Below are positions 40,826 to 53,673 of a stretch of DNA of 64,000 nt, piece after piece. This DNA comes from Tubulanus polymorphus (Eukaryota > Animalia > Nemertea), in contig NC_134036.1 in the NCBI RefSeq assembly GCF_964204645.1, forward strand, positions 11,449,859-11,513,858, written 5' to 3'. The stretch's first letter is position 1. Each line of letters begins with the position of its first letter. Both the position numbers and the translations under genes were made by a program. Below the pieces are notes generated by a model. That model made no database searches and had not been told where the DNA came from. It was given only the letters and a program-made list of their open reading frames with translations.

Positions 40826-41455
40826 CTCCGGATCCTGGTCCACAGTTCTGAGGCTCCGTCGGGCCCGTCGAAAGTTCAACGGAATACCTGGAACAATGAC
40901 CCCGAGCCTCATTATCTAGGATCGCTTGTATATGCCAGTGCTAAAACGTGGCAGAGGGCAAAACGTATAGATTTACGATCTTTCGAATGCTGTGAACGAA
41001 GAAAACAACTGTACCCCACTAAAAACGGTATTGCTTTGGATCTCCAAGAGTGGGTACATATAGATTATTGTAAAGCCGATATCGAACACGAAATTGCGCG
41101 CGTTAAAGAAGACATCGATTACGGGGGTGTTATGACCGTTGGTCGTTCGAACTTTATCAAAATATATAGATCTAGTCACGATTACCGTATTTACGTAGAT
41201 ATCCGAAAATACGATCTACACGATGAGCTTTTCGACGTAAATCCGACTAGATGCGGCGTAAAACTAACATTGGAACAACGGAACAAATTAAAAGACATTA
41301 ATTTTACAGAAGATATATCCGAACTGGCTAACATCAGACCGTGCTGGTATGATTCGAGTCATTTGAATCAGGAATACAGGTGTCCGTACTGCACAAAAGA
41401 CACAAGCGGGGTTAGAAAAACACTCGAATACGGGATAATGATAACCCAAGTATAA
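40826..41455 (+). CDS. Tandem PC4-like ssDNA-binding domain protein (Polinton accessory gene; start uncertain)
   Basis: The frame is open upstream of the listed TTG start. Two PC4-type motifs: IDLRSF..YPTKNGIALDLQEW and VDIRKY..NPTRCGVKLTLEQR; C-terminal PC..H.NQ..CPYC. Confidence 0.7.
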   Translation, partial: LRILVHSSEAPSGPSKVQRNTWNNDPEPHYLGSLVYASAKTWQRAKRIDLRSFECCERRKQLYPTKNGIALDLQEWVHIDYCKADIEHEIARVKEDIDYGGVMTVGRSNFIKIYRSSHDYRIYVDIRKYDLHDELFDVNPTRCGVKLTLEQRNKLKDINFTEDISELANIRPCWYDSSHLNQEYRCPYCTKDTSGVRKTLEYGIMITQV

Positions 41456-41559
41456 TTTCACAGATAATAATTAGATAATATTTATATAAGAGCTTATTAA
41501 AATGTTTAATACATAATAAACTTGCAATGGATATGATATTTCACATCTGTCTCATTTCA

Positions 41560-41870
41560 TTCGGATTTACTCTATAATAATCTAGCATTTTGGTCTTTGC
41601 ACAGACCCTGGATACAATCATCAAAGAATGTAATTAAGTAATTGAGCAACAAAAACCATTGACCCATCGTTAACATCTGCCATCTGAAATATCTGGTCAG
41701 CACCCCACATATGTAACGGAATATGCAGGATGAAAATTACGCAATTAAGTAATTGAGCAACAAAAACCATTGTCCCATCGTTAACATTTGCCATCTGAAA
41801 TATCTGGTCAGCACCCCCATATGTAACGGAATATGCAGGATGAAAATTACGCAATTAAGTAATTGAAAAA
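41560..41870. repeat. ~110-bp tandem repeat (2+ copies); related sequence also at 42538-42685
   Basis: AATTAAGTAATTGA at 41632, 41743 and 41853; TTCGGATTTACTCTATAATAATC at 41560 and ~42538. Confidence 0.85.
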
Positions 41871-41992
41871 CCAAACCGAAAAGATAATTAAGTAGCAAAA
41901 AACCCATGATTTGTCCATTGAAAAAAACATCTGCAGCGTAGCTTTTTGCGTATAAAATACTCATCAGAAGATCTCGAAAATCCATAACCAAA

Positions 41993-42265
41993 ATGTCGAG
42001 CAAAGCAGGAGCAAGATCTTTTTATTGCAACTACGCTGGAACGCGGGAGTGCAGTGTGTGCCTCGAAAGACGGCGAGCGTTGGTGGCCTGTGAAAACCAT
42101 CCCTTGGCTAACTATATTTGTATGGGATGTTTTATTCAAATGGTAGAACTACGTCCAGAGGACCAACAGTATATTACGTGCCCAATGTGTCGCCGGGTAT
42201 GGTATTTCGAGTTGATGAAATCGCGCCGTTCGACGTTGAGTGGTATGCGTGAAAGGCCACGTTAG
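41993..42265 (+). CDS. Small RING-finger protein
   Basis: CSVC..ACENH..ICMGC..CPMCR RING-type ligand pattern in an intact 90-aa ATG ORF, followed by AATAAA. Confidence 0.7.
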   Translation: MSSKAGARSFYCNYAGTRECSVCLERRRALVACENHPLANYICMGCFIQMVELRPEDQQYITCPMCRRVWYFELMKSRRSTLSGMRERPR

Positions 42266-42685
42266 GAAGACGCCGACTAAGAAGAGATATGAAAACGATA
42301 CACTGCAAATAAAACGCACGGTTCTTTTAAGAACCACCCTAAAATTCTCAGAAAGAGACAGTTTTGCTAAGCTCCTCGCTTTATGCCCCAGTTTTTCTTT
42401 TTTCTCAGGAGATTAAAATGTGTAAAAAAACATCAACCATTGTGAGGACAGAACGGGCAATATATCACCCGCTCTAACCAAAAGAGGGTTAACTAAAGTA
42501 GTGAAATTCTATATTTTACGAATTTTATACGTTATTATTCGGATTTACTCTATAATAATCAAGCATTCTGTCGTTGACCAGACCCTTCATACATGATATT
42601 ATCAAAGAACGTAATTAAGTTATTGAGAAACAAAAACAATTGATCCGTCGTTAGCATCTGCCGTCTAAAATATCTGGTCAGTAAA

Positions 42686-42820
42686 TTATCAGTGTTTACT
42701 ATAAAACCAGCTGGATAGCGCGTTATATTCGGTAGTCTGTCACATGGGTACACACCAAAGAAAAACGCTTTCAGACATTCGTCTTTTTTAATAAATTCTA
42801 AAATTTGGTTTGTGTATAAT
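42686..42820 (-). pseudogene. N-terminal fragment of Polinton/adenain-type cysteine protease
   Basis: TNQILEFIKKDECLKAFFFGVYPCDRLPNITRYPAGFIVNTD directly downstream of the capsid gene; truncated before the catalytic His. Confidence 0.75.
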
Positions 42821-42828
42821 ATGGTCGC

Positions 42829-44131
42829 TAATAATCGATCTATATATGACGTTCTTTTGTTACTTGTAGTAATTCGTCGAAAACGGCGTAAACAATCGAA
42901 TTCACGTTATGCTTCATCATATCGCATTTCGATTTTTAACGACCCCTATTTAATTAGTGACAGGTGCGGTTGATCCCCGTACTCGGGCGACATGTTGAAC
43001 CCACAAATGAAATTGCCTTTTTTGAAATCCTCACGTTTTATCCCAATTCCTTCGATTTTATACAATAAACCCCGGGCTAAATATAAACCGTGATACACTT
43101 CACTACCATCACCGCGAGAGTCTATAATTAACGGCGAGTTTTGTGCTTGGATATTATCAACGGTCACCCCTATATAATTCAACGAATAATCCTTGAAATC
43201 CAACGGATTCTTTTTGTAATTACCGCTCAACGCGTCGTCGTCCACTAAAGCTAAAACAATAGCCTTAGGTATCTCTCCGACGAAAACGGAATCCTTGATA
43301 ATTGTTCTCAGACCTCCTTGAAATTTTAACGATAATAATTCAGTTCTCGAAAAATAATATTTTGCTGTACTCTTTTCCAGTGCTTTAGCGTGCGCTACTA
43401 AAACAGAACTAACCAGTTCTAATTTACGAATGTATAGTTGAGCGCTTTCAATCTTTATACGAAAATCTGGGTTTTCGGCAGGGGAAATTAGAGCAAAACA
43501 TTCCTTTGATCGAGTTAGTTTTATTTGTAAATCTGTATTGTTGATGAAAATCTTATTCATTCTCATTACGTCGCTATACAAACGAGTATAAGCGCAAACC
43601 AGTTTACTGCCTTTAGTGTAGTTATTCCTTCTGACCAAACCGGAATTTGCGTTTGGTAAAGTAGGATCGATATTTGACTTTTTTTCCGGCTTCGTCTTCG
43701 GCATAAAGATCGCATTGTAGCCAGCTGCTGTTTTTAGTATACGAGTTGTAATTAACCATATTTTCCAGCTCACATTTGAACGGGTATAACCCCCCGTCGT
43801 GGGTAACCACTCGGTCGTTAAGCGTAATTTGCACATCGCTAAATAGACTATTGGCGCCATTGATCATTGAGACTGACTTTTCACAACCCACATTAGTTCC
43901 ATCGGCGTTAACTATTTTGAGCTGTAGTTCTAATTACGTGACGTTTAAATCTAAATATTGTTCAGTTTTTGGTAATCTGAATACAATCGGTCCCATATCG
44001 TTAATCGACGTAGTGGGTTCATAGCTGACGTATCGGCATTCTTTGAAATCTATCTGTGTTCCGGGAACTGTAAACAGATCGAGTTCGGACTTGACGGACA
44101 ATGGCGAATCCTTGCGTACTAATAATGACAT
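42829..44131 (-). pseudogene. Polinton/Maverick (adintovirus-like) major capsid protein, frameshifted
   Basis: N-terminal KSELDLFTVPGTQ; ANSLFSDVQITLN..LYPFK; DLQIKLTRS; GEIPKAIVLALVDDDALSGNYKKNP; C-terminal GSLKIEMRY..IVYAVFDELLQV. Spread over three ORFs plus a tail. Confidence 0.85.
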
Positions 44132-44133
44132 AA

Positions 44134-44546
44134 TTAGTACGCTTCAGCGGATGCTTTGGTTTGTCGTACGCGTTTTCTGGTTGTTATACGTCAACTTCGT
44201 TTACGACCTTTTATTGATTTTGGGGTTGAGGTAGATGGTCTCTTTAAACTTCGTCTGATAATGCGACCCATTGTTTCGACGCCACGATCTTTGATGGCTG
44301 TCGCGATATACTTACCGCCTACCACATCGCTGGCTACGTGTAAACCCGTTCTCAGTAAACGAGGAACCCCTTGCTTGGCGATATCTTTAGTAGTGGAATA
44401 ACTGGACGAGCCAACCCGCCCAATACTGATGCAAATCAAGCACCGCCTTGTACGGGGAATGCCGTGTATAGGTCAATACCCGAACCGCATTGGTTCATGT
44501 AATATTTAACACAAGCATCCCGATCGATTTCGCAGAGAGCCCTCAT
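44134..44546 (-). pseudogene. Polinton small basic core (pVII-like) protein
   Basis: MRALCEIDRDACVKYYMNQCGSG (YYxxQxGxG motif), TGLHVASDVVGG and a K/R-rich tail; lies between the minor and major capsid genes. Confidence 0.7.
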
Positions 44547-44690
44547 AGCAATAAATTCTTCTTTTTAAAGTGTAGACCCAGGTTAACTTTGCCCTCTCTG
44601 AAAACGGGGATTCTTCCAGCACATTTTAGGATTATAAGACATATCGTGAAAAAAGACTGCTATCGATGACGTGGACAGGAGGGTTTGTTT
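44543..44690 (-). pseudogene. C-terminal remnant of Polinton minor capsid (penton-like) protein
   Basis: GRIPVFREGKVNLGLHFKK*; its stop overlaps the next ATG (ATGA). Cut off at the inverted-repeat boundary. Confidence 0.65.
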
Positions 44691-44694
44691 CATT

Positions 44695-47600
44695 CCGTTC
44701 CAAGAAATATGGTATTATCTAGCGTTGTTAAAGACATGGGTTATAAATTATCGAATATATGTTTAGAATATGACACGGTAAGTGATGAAAATATTGTAAC
44801 ACAATTCAAACTAAATACAATCCAGGATTTTCATTATCATATGATTATATTGATAAATTCAAAACTGTAACTATTAATGCAAATGATGCTACGAGCAATT
44901 ATCTCAGGTTGAGATTATTGCTCGTAGGTTTGTGTTATTCAGCTCAAACGTACATGTGTAGCTGCAGTGATCAGCGCATTTTCTGTATGCGGATGCAATA
45001 CAAGTTTATAGATTAATTTGATCTAGTCGCACTTTTCGCGTCCTATTGATCCGCAGCAAGATTTCGTAGTAGCTAAAAATATTTGTAATGTTGATTTCCT
45101 GTATGCGTTGGTAGTTATTAATGGGTGTCAGATAAAAAACGATGTAGTAAGCAGGTTGTTGTTAGACGCGAAGAAAGAAGGACACGTTGGGACTCGACCT
45201 CACAACAACTACTTGTGTTGATCTCATTTCAACCTTTGTAGTACACTATATCTTGTTTTGCATTGTTTAAACTCGCTAAATAGTTGAACAGGACAGAAGA
45301 TTGACGACACCGGCCTGACTTTTTTATATCACGTACATGTCTTTTTTATGAATGAAAATAAGAACATACCTTTTTTATTGCGAAGTAGTGAGTCTAAATC
45401 TCGCTCGCACCAAATGGACCATTGCGCAGCGAACGCGTACACATACACGTGGCTCCATAGGAGATTCACCGACGCCGGCCGTAAGCTCGTGCCACCATCT
45501 CGATCATTATCTTTACATCATATCTTAATTTTTTTCTAATGGAAAGCTCCATTTACATCTACACCGCCCCACTGGAGTCAGGTGGGGGACTGAAAATTGT
45601 TACATGATTGTAGCGAGAAATTGTAGTTTAGGAAGAAAATTACCTCAAGCTCCGTGAGTAAAGGGAAATTGGGGGTTTGAGGCCAGAAGTATGGAGTATG
45701 AGGCTTGGTAGGTTTTTGGGTTAAAATGTTGCGTAAAATATATGGGGTAAATTTTTTCTTGGAGGATGGAAATGCAAGTGAAATGTTGATAAAATAAAAT
45801 ATTTTCCAAACATTGTGATAAATATGTTGGTAAATCGAATATATCTTTTCATAATAAATCATGTAAACATCAGAAAAAATGAAATTGGTGGTGAAAAAAT
45901 AAATATAGATGAAAAAAAAATAGATTCTATAAAACTGAATGAAATTTATTGTGATATTTTCGCAGGTTAAAAGACAGTATATTTCTCGGTTTCAGCAGAA
46001 AGGAGTACTATTTTGCTTGGTTCTAGGTGTTCCTTTAGCGGTTTGTGACATATTGTGTCAGCTCCAGTTATGTCATTTTATTACTATACCGTTATAGCGT
46101 CATTTTATTACTATACCGTTATAGCGTCTCGTACGATGTTTAATTCGTGTTTGTCGTATATATTTCTGTCTGATGTGATTCCTTACCTTCGCCTGAAGAT
46201 ACGACAGATTATTCCCTATTTAGTGATGATCGTTAGAAGAGATGTCCGTTTCTCCAGTATTTGACTATGTTATTAGGTGTTGCTGTTCCCTTTGAATTGG
46301 TGTAAATTCACAGGGAACAGCAACAGTTATAAGGCGCAGCTATAAATTGACTTTCAATTTTGGAATTGAAGAAAATTATATGAACTTTAAAAAGTCCGAT
46401 ATTTTCAATCTATGATTTGCTGTGATATTTTGTAATCGTATTTCATTATACAATCGTCGCGAGTGTTGTGTTCTGAGTTTGGTTTGTCTCATCTTGATTT
46501 TCGGGGCGAAAATATTAAGTCCATGGGGATATTAGGAAGATAGTGATGTGTACGGAAGCTGGAGTTCATGGTTAGTGTTACTATTGCCAGACTGCCTGCG
46601 TTGATGCATGAGGCAGACATAAACAATTAATAGAAATAATGTAAATAAACACGTCTGGATGTGACGTATGTGTCTACGTAGGAAAACCTAAACATAGTAC
46701 GGCCATGAGTTCCGACGAGTACACAAGATATTTTTTGGTTGTTGTGACGTGTGTAGGTACGTTTACATTCCATACATTGGCTGGAGGAATGTTTTGACGC
46801 ATAAATACATGAAAATCCGTGAATTCCAGCCATGTGTGGTAAGGGTCTGCACACGTTACAACATTCCTCCAGCCTCCTTTTAAAGAGTAAAATGATTTAA
46901 AATGAGACACCGGGAAACATTAAAAGTAGAGAAAAAACAACGAGACTGGAAAGAAAACAGCCAGAGCGAATATACCTCTGTGAATAAAAGCTTATTATAC
47001 CTACTGGAGAAGATTCTTTCAACCTTCATTATCTATCACTTATTTTCGATCGAATTGTCTGTAAAACATCAGTCTTCGTCCATGATTTGAATTCAATCCA
47101 ATAGTTTTCACTATTTTCAATTTGTTCTGCTTATAATCTCTTATCTAGAGTACCAATGCTTAATTTTGATGCTGATTAAACATACACTCACGTAAATTTA
47201 GGAAAGTCCATATTAAGAATTTCGTTTCTTGTTTTTGTATTGCATCTACACGCCAGAGGTAATAACGGATTCATACATTTGACTACAAAGAGAAAAAAAA
47301 TTCCTTGTGTACAGACAGTTCAAGTTTTTAGATCCCTGAAAAGCTTCCATTTTAGATATCTCGATAATAATTGACCATTTATTTTTCTGATTGACCATTA
47401 ATTTTCCCAAAAAGTCCCCCTTTCGAAAAACCTAAGCAACCAATGTATGCTTGCTTTGTGTTTACCAATGCACTTATTATAAGTACATTAGCAAGCACAT
47501 TGTTACCTTTTCTAGCTATTTCCAATGTTTTCAGTAAAATATTGCATCCTGTATTACATGAATCATTCAACGATACTCCGGGACTAATAACTCACAAAAA

Positions 47601-50600
47601 GTTTAGATTAACCATTAAACAATATGATACATGACCAAATACACGTTTAATACGAAAAAGACCCACTACGCGCACATTTCAAATTTCGAACCATGGCTTA
47701 TCATTTAAAAATTACGACACGACGTTCGATCTCTCACTAGAGATCATCTTTTTAAATCTATACGCAGCGGGTTTAATTGTTTTGTCAATTATCTACATTT
47801 GAGTGCGACTATACTATAAATACAAAGTTATTTTAGCAATGAAGTTTTAATTGCAATTACAAATATTAACAATCCACTGGTAAACTCTGAACAACCTTCG
47901 GCAACTAACCTCAGATCGTAGATTGGTCTCAGGTGGCCTGCTGATCCACTTTTCTAATACTACTAAATAATTAAACATTATATTTAGAAGTAGTCCATTG
48001 AAGTACTATTTATTTTCATATCAGGATAATTTGTGTACGGAAGATTGTAAAACGATATTCCATCGAGTTTTATGGTTCTCTAGATTATAGTGTATACAAT
48101 CAATAATTAATTATCTTCCACGGATACCAATCATACCAAGTTAACACAATAATTTTCTTAAAACTGTTATTGTTGATAACGATGTTTTCTACTGGTCTGA
48201 AGTACCACTAACAGCGGACTGTTACTGTTGATTACGATGTTTTCTACTGGTCTGAAGTACCACTAACAGCCGAATGTAGGCGATTCATGTAGAATTTAGA
48301 TTGTTAAATTTAGGGTGTTAGAAACGTACGGCAGCAAACGTCTATTCTCATAGTGAGAACGCTTAACTAAATTTATTGCCTATACGCAGCGAAATAATTG
48401 CCTAAACGCAGTTAAACGTCTCGAGCGGAGTTAATGCGTCGATCGCTCTATATTACTTCGAGAAGTTACTGTCTCGGCCAAAGAGTGGCGTGCGATTCGG
48501 TCCGACTGATTCAACCGCGCGCAGCCGTCGCGCAGCCGTCGCATATTGGTCCCTATATGAACGAATACTTTTTAGCGCCAAATTCTGGAAATAATTTCTC
48601 CCTGGTCTCCCTTAATTTTCGAGGCCGTACTTCCGGTCGATCGATTTTTTTCTTCCCACAAAATAATTTTCCCGTGATCACCGTGCGTTAAGAGTCGATT
48701 TTTGGTATATAATCTAGAAACAAACATCGGTGATGATCGTGTCTGCAACATAATGGTTCTTGCGTCGGTGAAACTCTCATTCAGCCGTGTACTGTAATAG
48801 ACGGACGACTTCACGACCAAAAGGTAAGTCCCTACGTCCCTACAAACGTTGAGCAAATAGATGTAGCTAGTCTTACGCAGACACTCGCGCATTCTACCGA
48901 AACACGCTGTGCGAATAAATTCGCTGCGAAAATAATGTAGTGTGTAAGAGGCTTTACTGATGCTTCATCGGGCAAAAGGGTTAATAAGAAAACTTACATG
49001 CACTAATTCTTTATCGATTATAGAAACCTTCTTCTATTTAACTTTATGTCGACTGAAATTATGGACGGATTATTTCCACAATGTTCTCATAGATCCAGTT
49101 ATGATATCAGATCAAGTGTAGGCATAATGTATTGATTGATGGATACATCGAATGTTTCTCGCTCGTCAAGCGGCAGGCGATGCTGGACCGTAAAAGCGTC
49201 CTAAACCGTAAATGTGTTTTTGTTTTTATATCACCTACTGTTGTTGGTAAAAATAAAATAATTTGGCCTAATTGTATATTCTCTACCTCACATACTACAC
49301 CGAATTTATAGTTCAGTTCTTTGATGGCACCTGTTAAAAACACAAATCAATGAATATATGTTAATAAACTGATATTTGGGTCTTTTCCGGAAATTGGATT
49401 TTTGTCCGGAAATTGGATTTTTGTCAGACTTGGCCTTGAAAAATCTAACAACATCGCTAGCACATAGAAAAAAAGGTAGAAACAATATTTATTGCATTTT
49501 GATAGCACCTTTTCGGATATTCAGTATAACTTCAATTAAGCTGGCATACGACTAAATTCACAAAGTCATCGTTGAAATGTGGTATAAATTCAAGGTTGCA
49601 GCGGGCTAAGAAAGTAAATTAAAATTCCACTACCTAAAGCCGATGTTGAACTGTGGCTAATGCTGCATGATACGTCGATGTTTTAGATTGTCTTTTGTTG
49701 CCAACGGTGTCGTACATAAACGAAAAAATGGATAGATGAAAGAAAAACATCGGCTTCATGACCATTTTCTTAAGATGCCTGGTACACCTACTTTGCATGC
49801 GTTCACAATTCTCCTGTCTGTTTGTCCGGGAGTCGACGATATCAAATTATTTTCCGATTTCGACAAACGTTTTATCTGTTTTTGATGTTTATGAGTTATT
49901 GGTCCGTTCTTAGATACATACATTGTAACTCGACCTGCTCCAGTCAGTCTTATTATGTCTACAGATCTCACCTTTGGATACTGCGCGTATTATTCCAGTA
50001 GCATGTACATCAATCGTGTACTCGAGCCACGAAGTGTAACGCCAAAATATTGCGTTCACTTTATATACATGTGTTACAGTAGTTAGTAGTAAGTCCACGC
50101 TAGGACCACGGTCAAATGTCCGACTAATTCCGATTATATTATGAGTAAGTCGGGTTTTGGGGTTTTCTTAGGAAAAATCCGAGTTAGCTACTAATACTAA
50201 GACCCTAACCCTAACAACTTGGTGCACGGGGTCAATATTCTATTATATAGCCGACTACAATTGCAAACATGTGTGTCCGTTAAAAGAAAAATTGATCTAC
50301 CGGTGTATAATACGATGCGCGCCTGTTTCGATTTGTTTAGAAATAACTGAAATTGGACGACTGACTTAGAGATTGAAAAATGCATTGCTTTGAAACGTTC
50401 GGAACATATATTCTAGCCGACTTAGTCGAATTTCTAACTATGAGACAGATTTTGATAGGGAAATGAACTGAGAAAATCGGGTCTTTGGATTCGGAAGATT
50501 TTGCTGATTTTCCTATTTAAAGCCGTCCGACTTGGGCCAGTTCTACTGTAGTTGTCCGTGTGTCTCATTCCGATACGTCGAGAGAATCGAGTAATTTGGA

Positions 50601-51309
50601 GTGTTCTGGAAACGTTTTATTGGTGTTAATTCCCCGTATATAAATTCTGCAGGTTACATACTCTGCATTGTCGTTTACTGCGGTATTGGATTTTGTGGTT
50701 ACACTTGTGATATTGTGTCCTTTATCAATGTCTGCTTGCCTGGAACTTGTCTGCTGTGACCATCGGTATGTTCTGTATCATGTCATATTACCCCGATGAT
50801 ATATAATTAGCTGCATCACCCTCGTGATATCTGTATCTTATTCTTTTTGCACATAGCATGCTTGCTATAAATATGTACTGCTTCTAGATATGTGAGATCG
50901 ATATTGCCTGAATAATCCCTGTTATGCGGAAATGTGATTTTGAGACACCGTCCCGTCATTAAAGGTTTACTTACCCATGACATATGTTTCCATTCAAAGC
51001 GCCGCTTACTTTTCGTGTGCTGTATCTTTTTTTCTGTTAAAGGACAGTTAACATCTTGCCGTAGTGGTAATTTTCGGGACATCAAGAACCAATAACAATC
51101 ATTAGTATCACAATCATATGATATCTTACCTTCAATGAGTAGAAATCCGTGTAAATACACCCGTGAACACCTTAGAGGTGACTCGGTCCATGTGCTCATT
51201 CTACAGCACCTGTCCACTCCCTCCATCTAGAGGCCACCATGCAAACTACTGATGTACTAATAATGGAATAAATATATCATCAGCTTATCAGTGCGCGATG
51301 ACGCATCAC
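44695..51309 (-). repeat. Right arm of ~6.7-kb inverted repeat
   Basis: Reverse complement of 13019-19789; has arm-specific small tandem duplications (~48160-48270, ~49385-49420). Confidence 0.97.
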
Positions 51310-51391
51310 AAATGACCCCCGTGAAGCTGGCTCCCGGTTCCCGGTTCCTTATTCGGCTCCCGATTCAAAAACATTTTGAATCGGGAGCCGA

Positions 51392-52465
51392 ACGAAGTCA
51401 AGAATTCGAATGCGATGGAGCTTGAAGGTACAAGGGATGTTTGAATTATATTCAGGCACAGAAACTCAAAATCGGAGAAATAATTACGGATAGACACGTT
51501 CAAATTAAAAAGTACCTTCAGTTGAATCATCCATCTATACAGCAGTACTTTGATGGGTGGCATCTTGCTAAGGGTAAAAAGCTCTTTTCGAATCTTAATT
51601 CATATGATTTACTCTGTTACACATTTAAAACCATAGTCTCGAAATTTAAAATAGGTTAGGTACTTAATTTTATTGTAAATTGCAGGAGTTTTCAAAAAGA
51701 TAGAGAAGGCAGCATAAACTAAGAAGTACAGTGTGCTTGGAGATTTGTCTCGATCAGTTATGTGCAAGTAGCAATGGAATGGCAGGTGTTGTGGAGAAAT
51801 GGAAGTCCATTTTATATCACGCAGCTAATGTACACGAAGGTCACGATGGAGGCCTTTTCCAGGAATGTGCCCATGGTCCTCTTGAACCACGGAACTGGAT
51901 AAAAAAAGGTCAGTGCTATAGTGCAGTTTTATGTGTCCTTGTTGGTTACATGTATGTACATGTATGTGTGATTTCACTTTAAAAAAAACATTGTAACATT
52001 GATCACAAAAAGTAACATTGATCTTAATCAAACTATCTCTAGGATCTGCTCCACACAAAGTATTGAATGGTATCGTGATGAACAAAAGCTTACTCGCTGA
52101 CATAGGGAGTATTTCACCGCGAGCCCAGAAATCTTCACTCGAGTCTTATCATAGGGTTGTGATATACTTTGCGCATAAGTCACTGCATTACTTTTATAAC
52201 TCGATGAATGCTAGGTAATTTGAAAATCCTTTGATGATAAAATGAAAAGTTATGTTTAAATGTATGATGTTTATCTTCACTACCATGATCTAGAAACAAA
52301 TCTTATTTTCTATTTAAAGACTACAACTTTCAGCTCTTCATTATAATGAGAACCGTAACAGAATGCAAGCTCATACAAAGGTATTCCGCAGTATCAGCTG
52401 TAGTATGCTAAGTGGAAGAAAGGTATGGCCGCTGCCAAAGAAGTTAAAGTGCCAGCTACATATAG
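51392..52465 (+). pseudogene. Intron-containing Kolobok-type DDE transposase fragment (4 exons)
   Basis: EVKNSNAMELEG, IITDRHVQI, FDGWHLAKG | KWKSILYHAANVHEGH..CAHGPL | SSLESYH..FAHK | LQLSALHYNEN, separated by GT-AG introns; stops and frameshifts. Confidence 0.8.
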
Positions 52466-52729
52466 TGAGTAAATTATAGCGATTAATCTGATCATTGATT
52501 ATTTCGCCTTATTATTTTAACAAAATGATATTGTGACTGAATTGTGTTGTATTGGATAGTATATAAAGAAAAAAAGAAAAAAGGTTAAAAAAAGATTAAA
52601 AGCAATGTCACCCCATGTTTAGACTGACCGGTGTCAGTTTTTAATGACTTTTATCTTATAAAAAACCCCTGGGAAGCTGGCTCCCGGTTCCCGATTCGGT
52701 TCCCGATTCAAAACCATTTTGAATCGGGT

Positions 52730-53255
52730 ATATTATTCTTGCGATACACTTTCCACGGGTGCGAGTGCACGTTTTGAAAAGTGGATGTTCCCCTTTAAGT
52801 TTAGAAATTGGTCTCATTTCCTGAGGCCTTTTCGCTTTTTGGTACCAATTGTTTTGGCTGGTGGAGATTCATTGTTGGGTTCATTAGTAGCAGCTGCTGG
52901 GGGTTGAACTTCATTAGACTCACAGGTATCAGCTACACGTAGCACTTGCAAATCTCCAGCAGGATCATTAGTATCAACATGTGGCTCGTAAATAGAAACT
53001 TGGATTCCAGGCTCACCAGCTTGGTTAGAATTGTCTATTCGTTCAATATGCCCTTTGGTATTTTCTGTCCACGTTTTTATCCCAGTAACTCCACGTACGT
53101 TTTTTTTTCTTGTGGCGAATAACTGACAATTGTTGTTGGTTCTAAAGGCACAGGTTTTTGAGCATCTATCACGCCTTCCTCTCGTAAAACACTGAAAATC
53201 ATTGAGAATGACAGCTGAGCCATCTTCCAAGTCTTCTAATACAAAAGTGTAACCT
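52730..53255 (-). pseudogene. Probable exon fragment of unknown (possibly transposon-derived) protein
   Basis: 138-aa open frame preceded by a possible TATAG acceptor, with a basic NLS-like KKRKGLR; no recognisable domain. Confidence 0.3.
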
Positions 53256-53673
53256 ATATAAAAAGCCTTCTTTCTTAACCCCCGCCCTTTTCATTAGACC
53301 GTGCCAAAGTTGGAATTACTGATTTTCTAATGAGAGCGCACAGACAAAGATAAGACATTCTCACGAGTTTTTCAATCATAACTTTGAATTGAGAAATAAA
53401 TAGCCAAATTACAAGTGAAACCTCCTAAAATGTAATAGACTATGCAAAATAAAATCTATCTTAAATACCAACAGTATGTAAAAGAGAGACGGATTAATTT
53501 ACTGTTTGTAACATATGTGCATTTAAAACTGCAATAAAATTCAATTCAATTTTATCTTCAATGCACTGCAATGAATCGAGAGTGCGGCTGTCTTGATGAA
53601 TCCGTGGGAGGCCTTCACTCCCATCCCCTTCCGCGAGTTATTCTAATTGAAGTGACTATCGAAATTTTGAGAT

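Noticed and set aside
13019-51309. Single intact Polinton with the 6.7-kb arms as its TIRs
   Set aside because: The arms are far longer than typical Polinton TIRs and contain nested MITEs. There are no AG-repeat termini or 6-bp TSD and no pPolB or integrase, and the core contains host-type DNA with paralogs outside.
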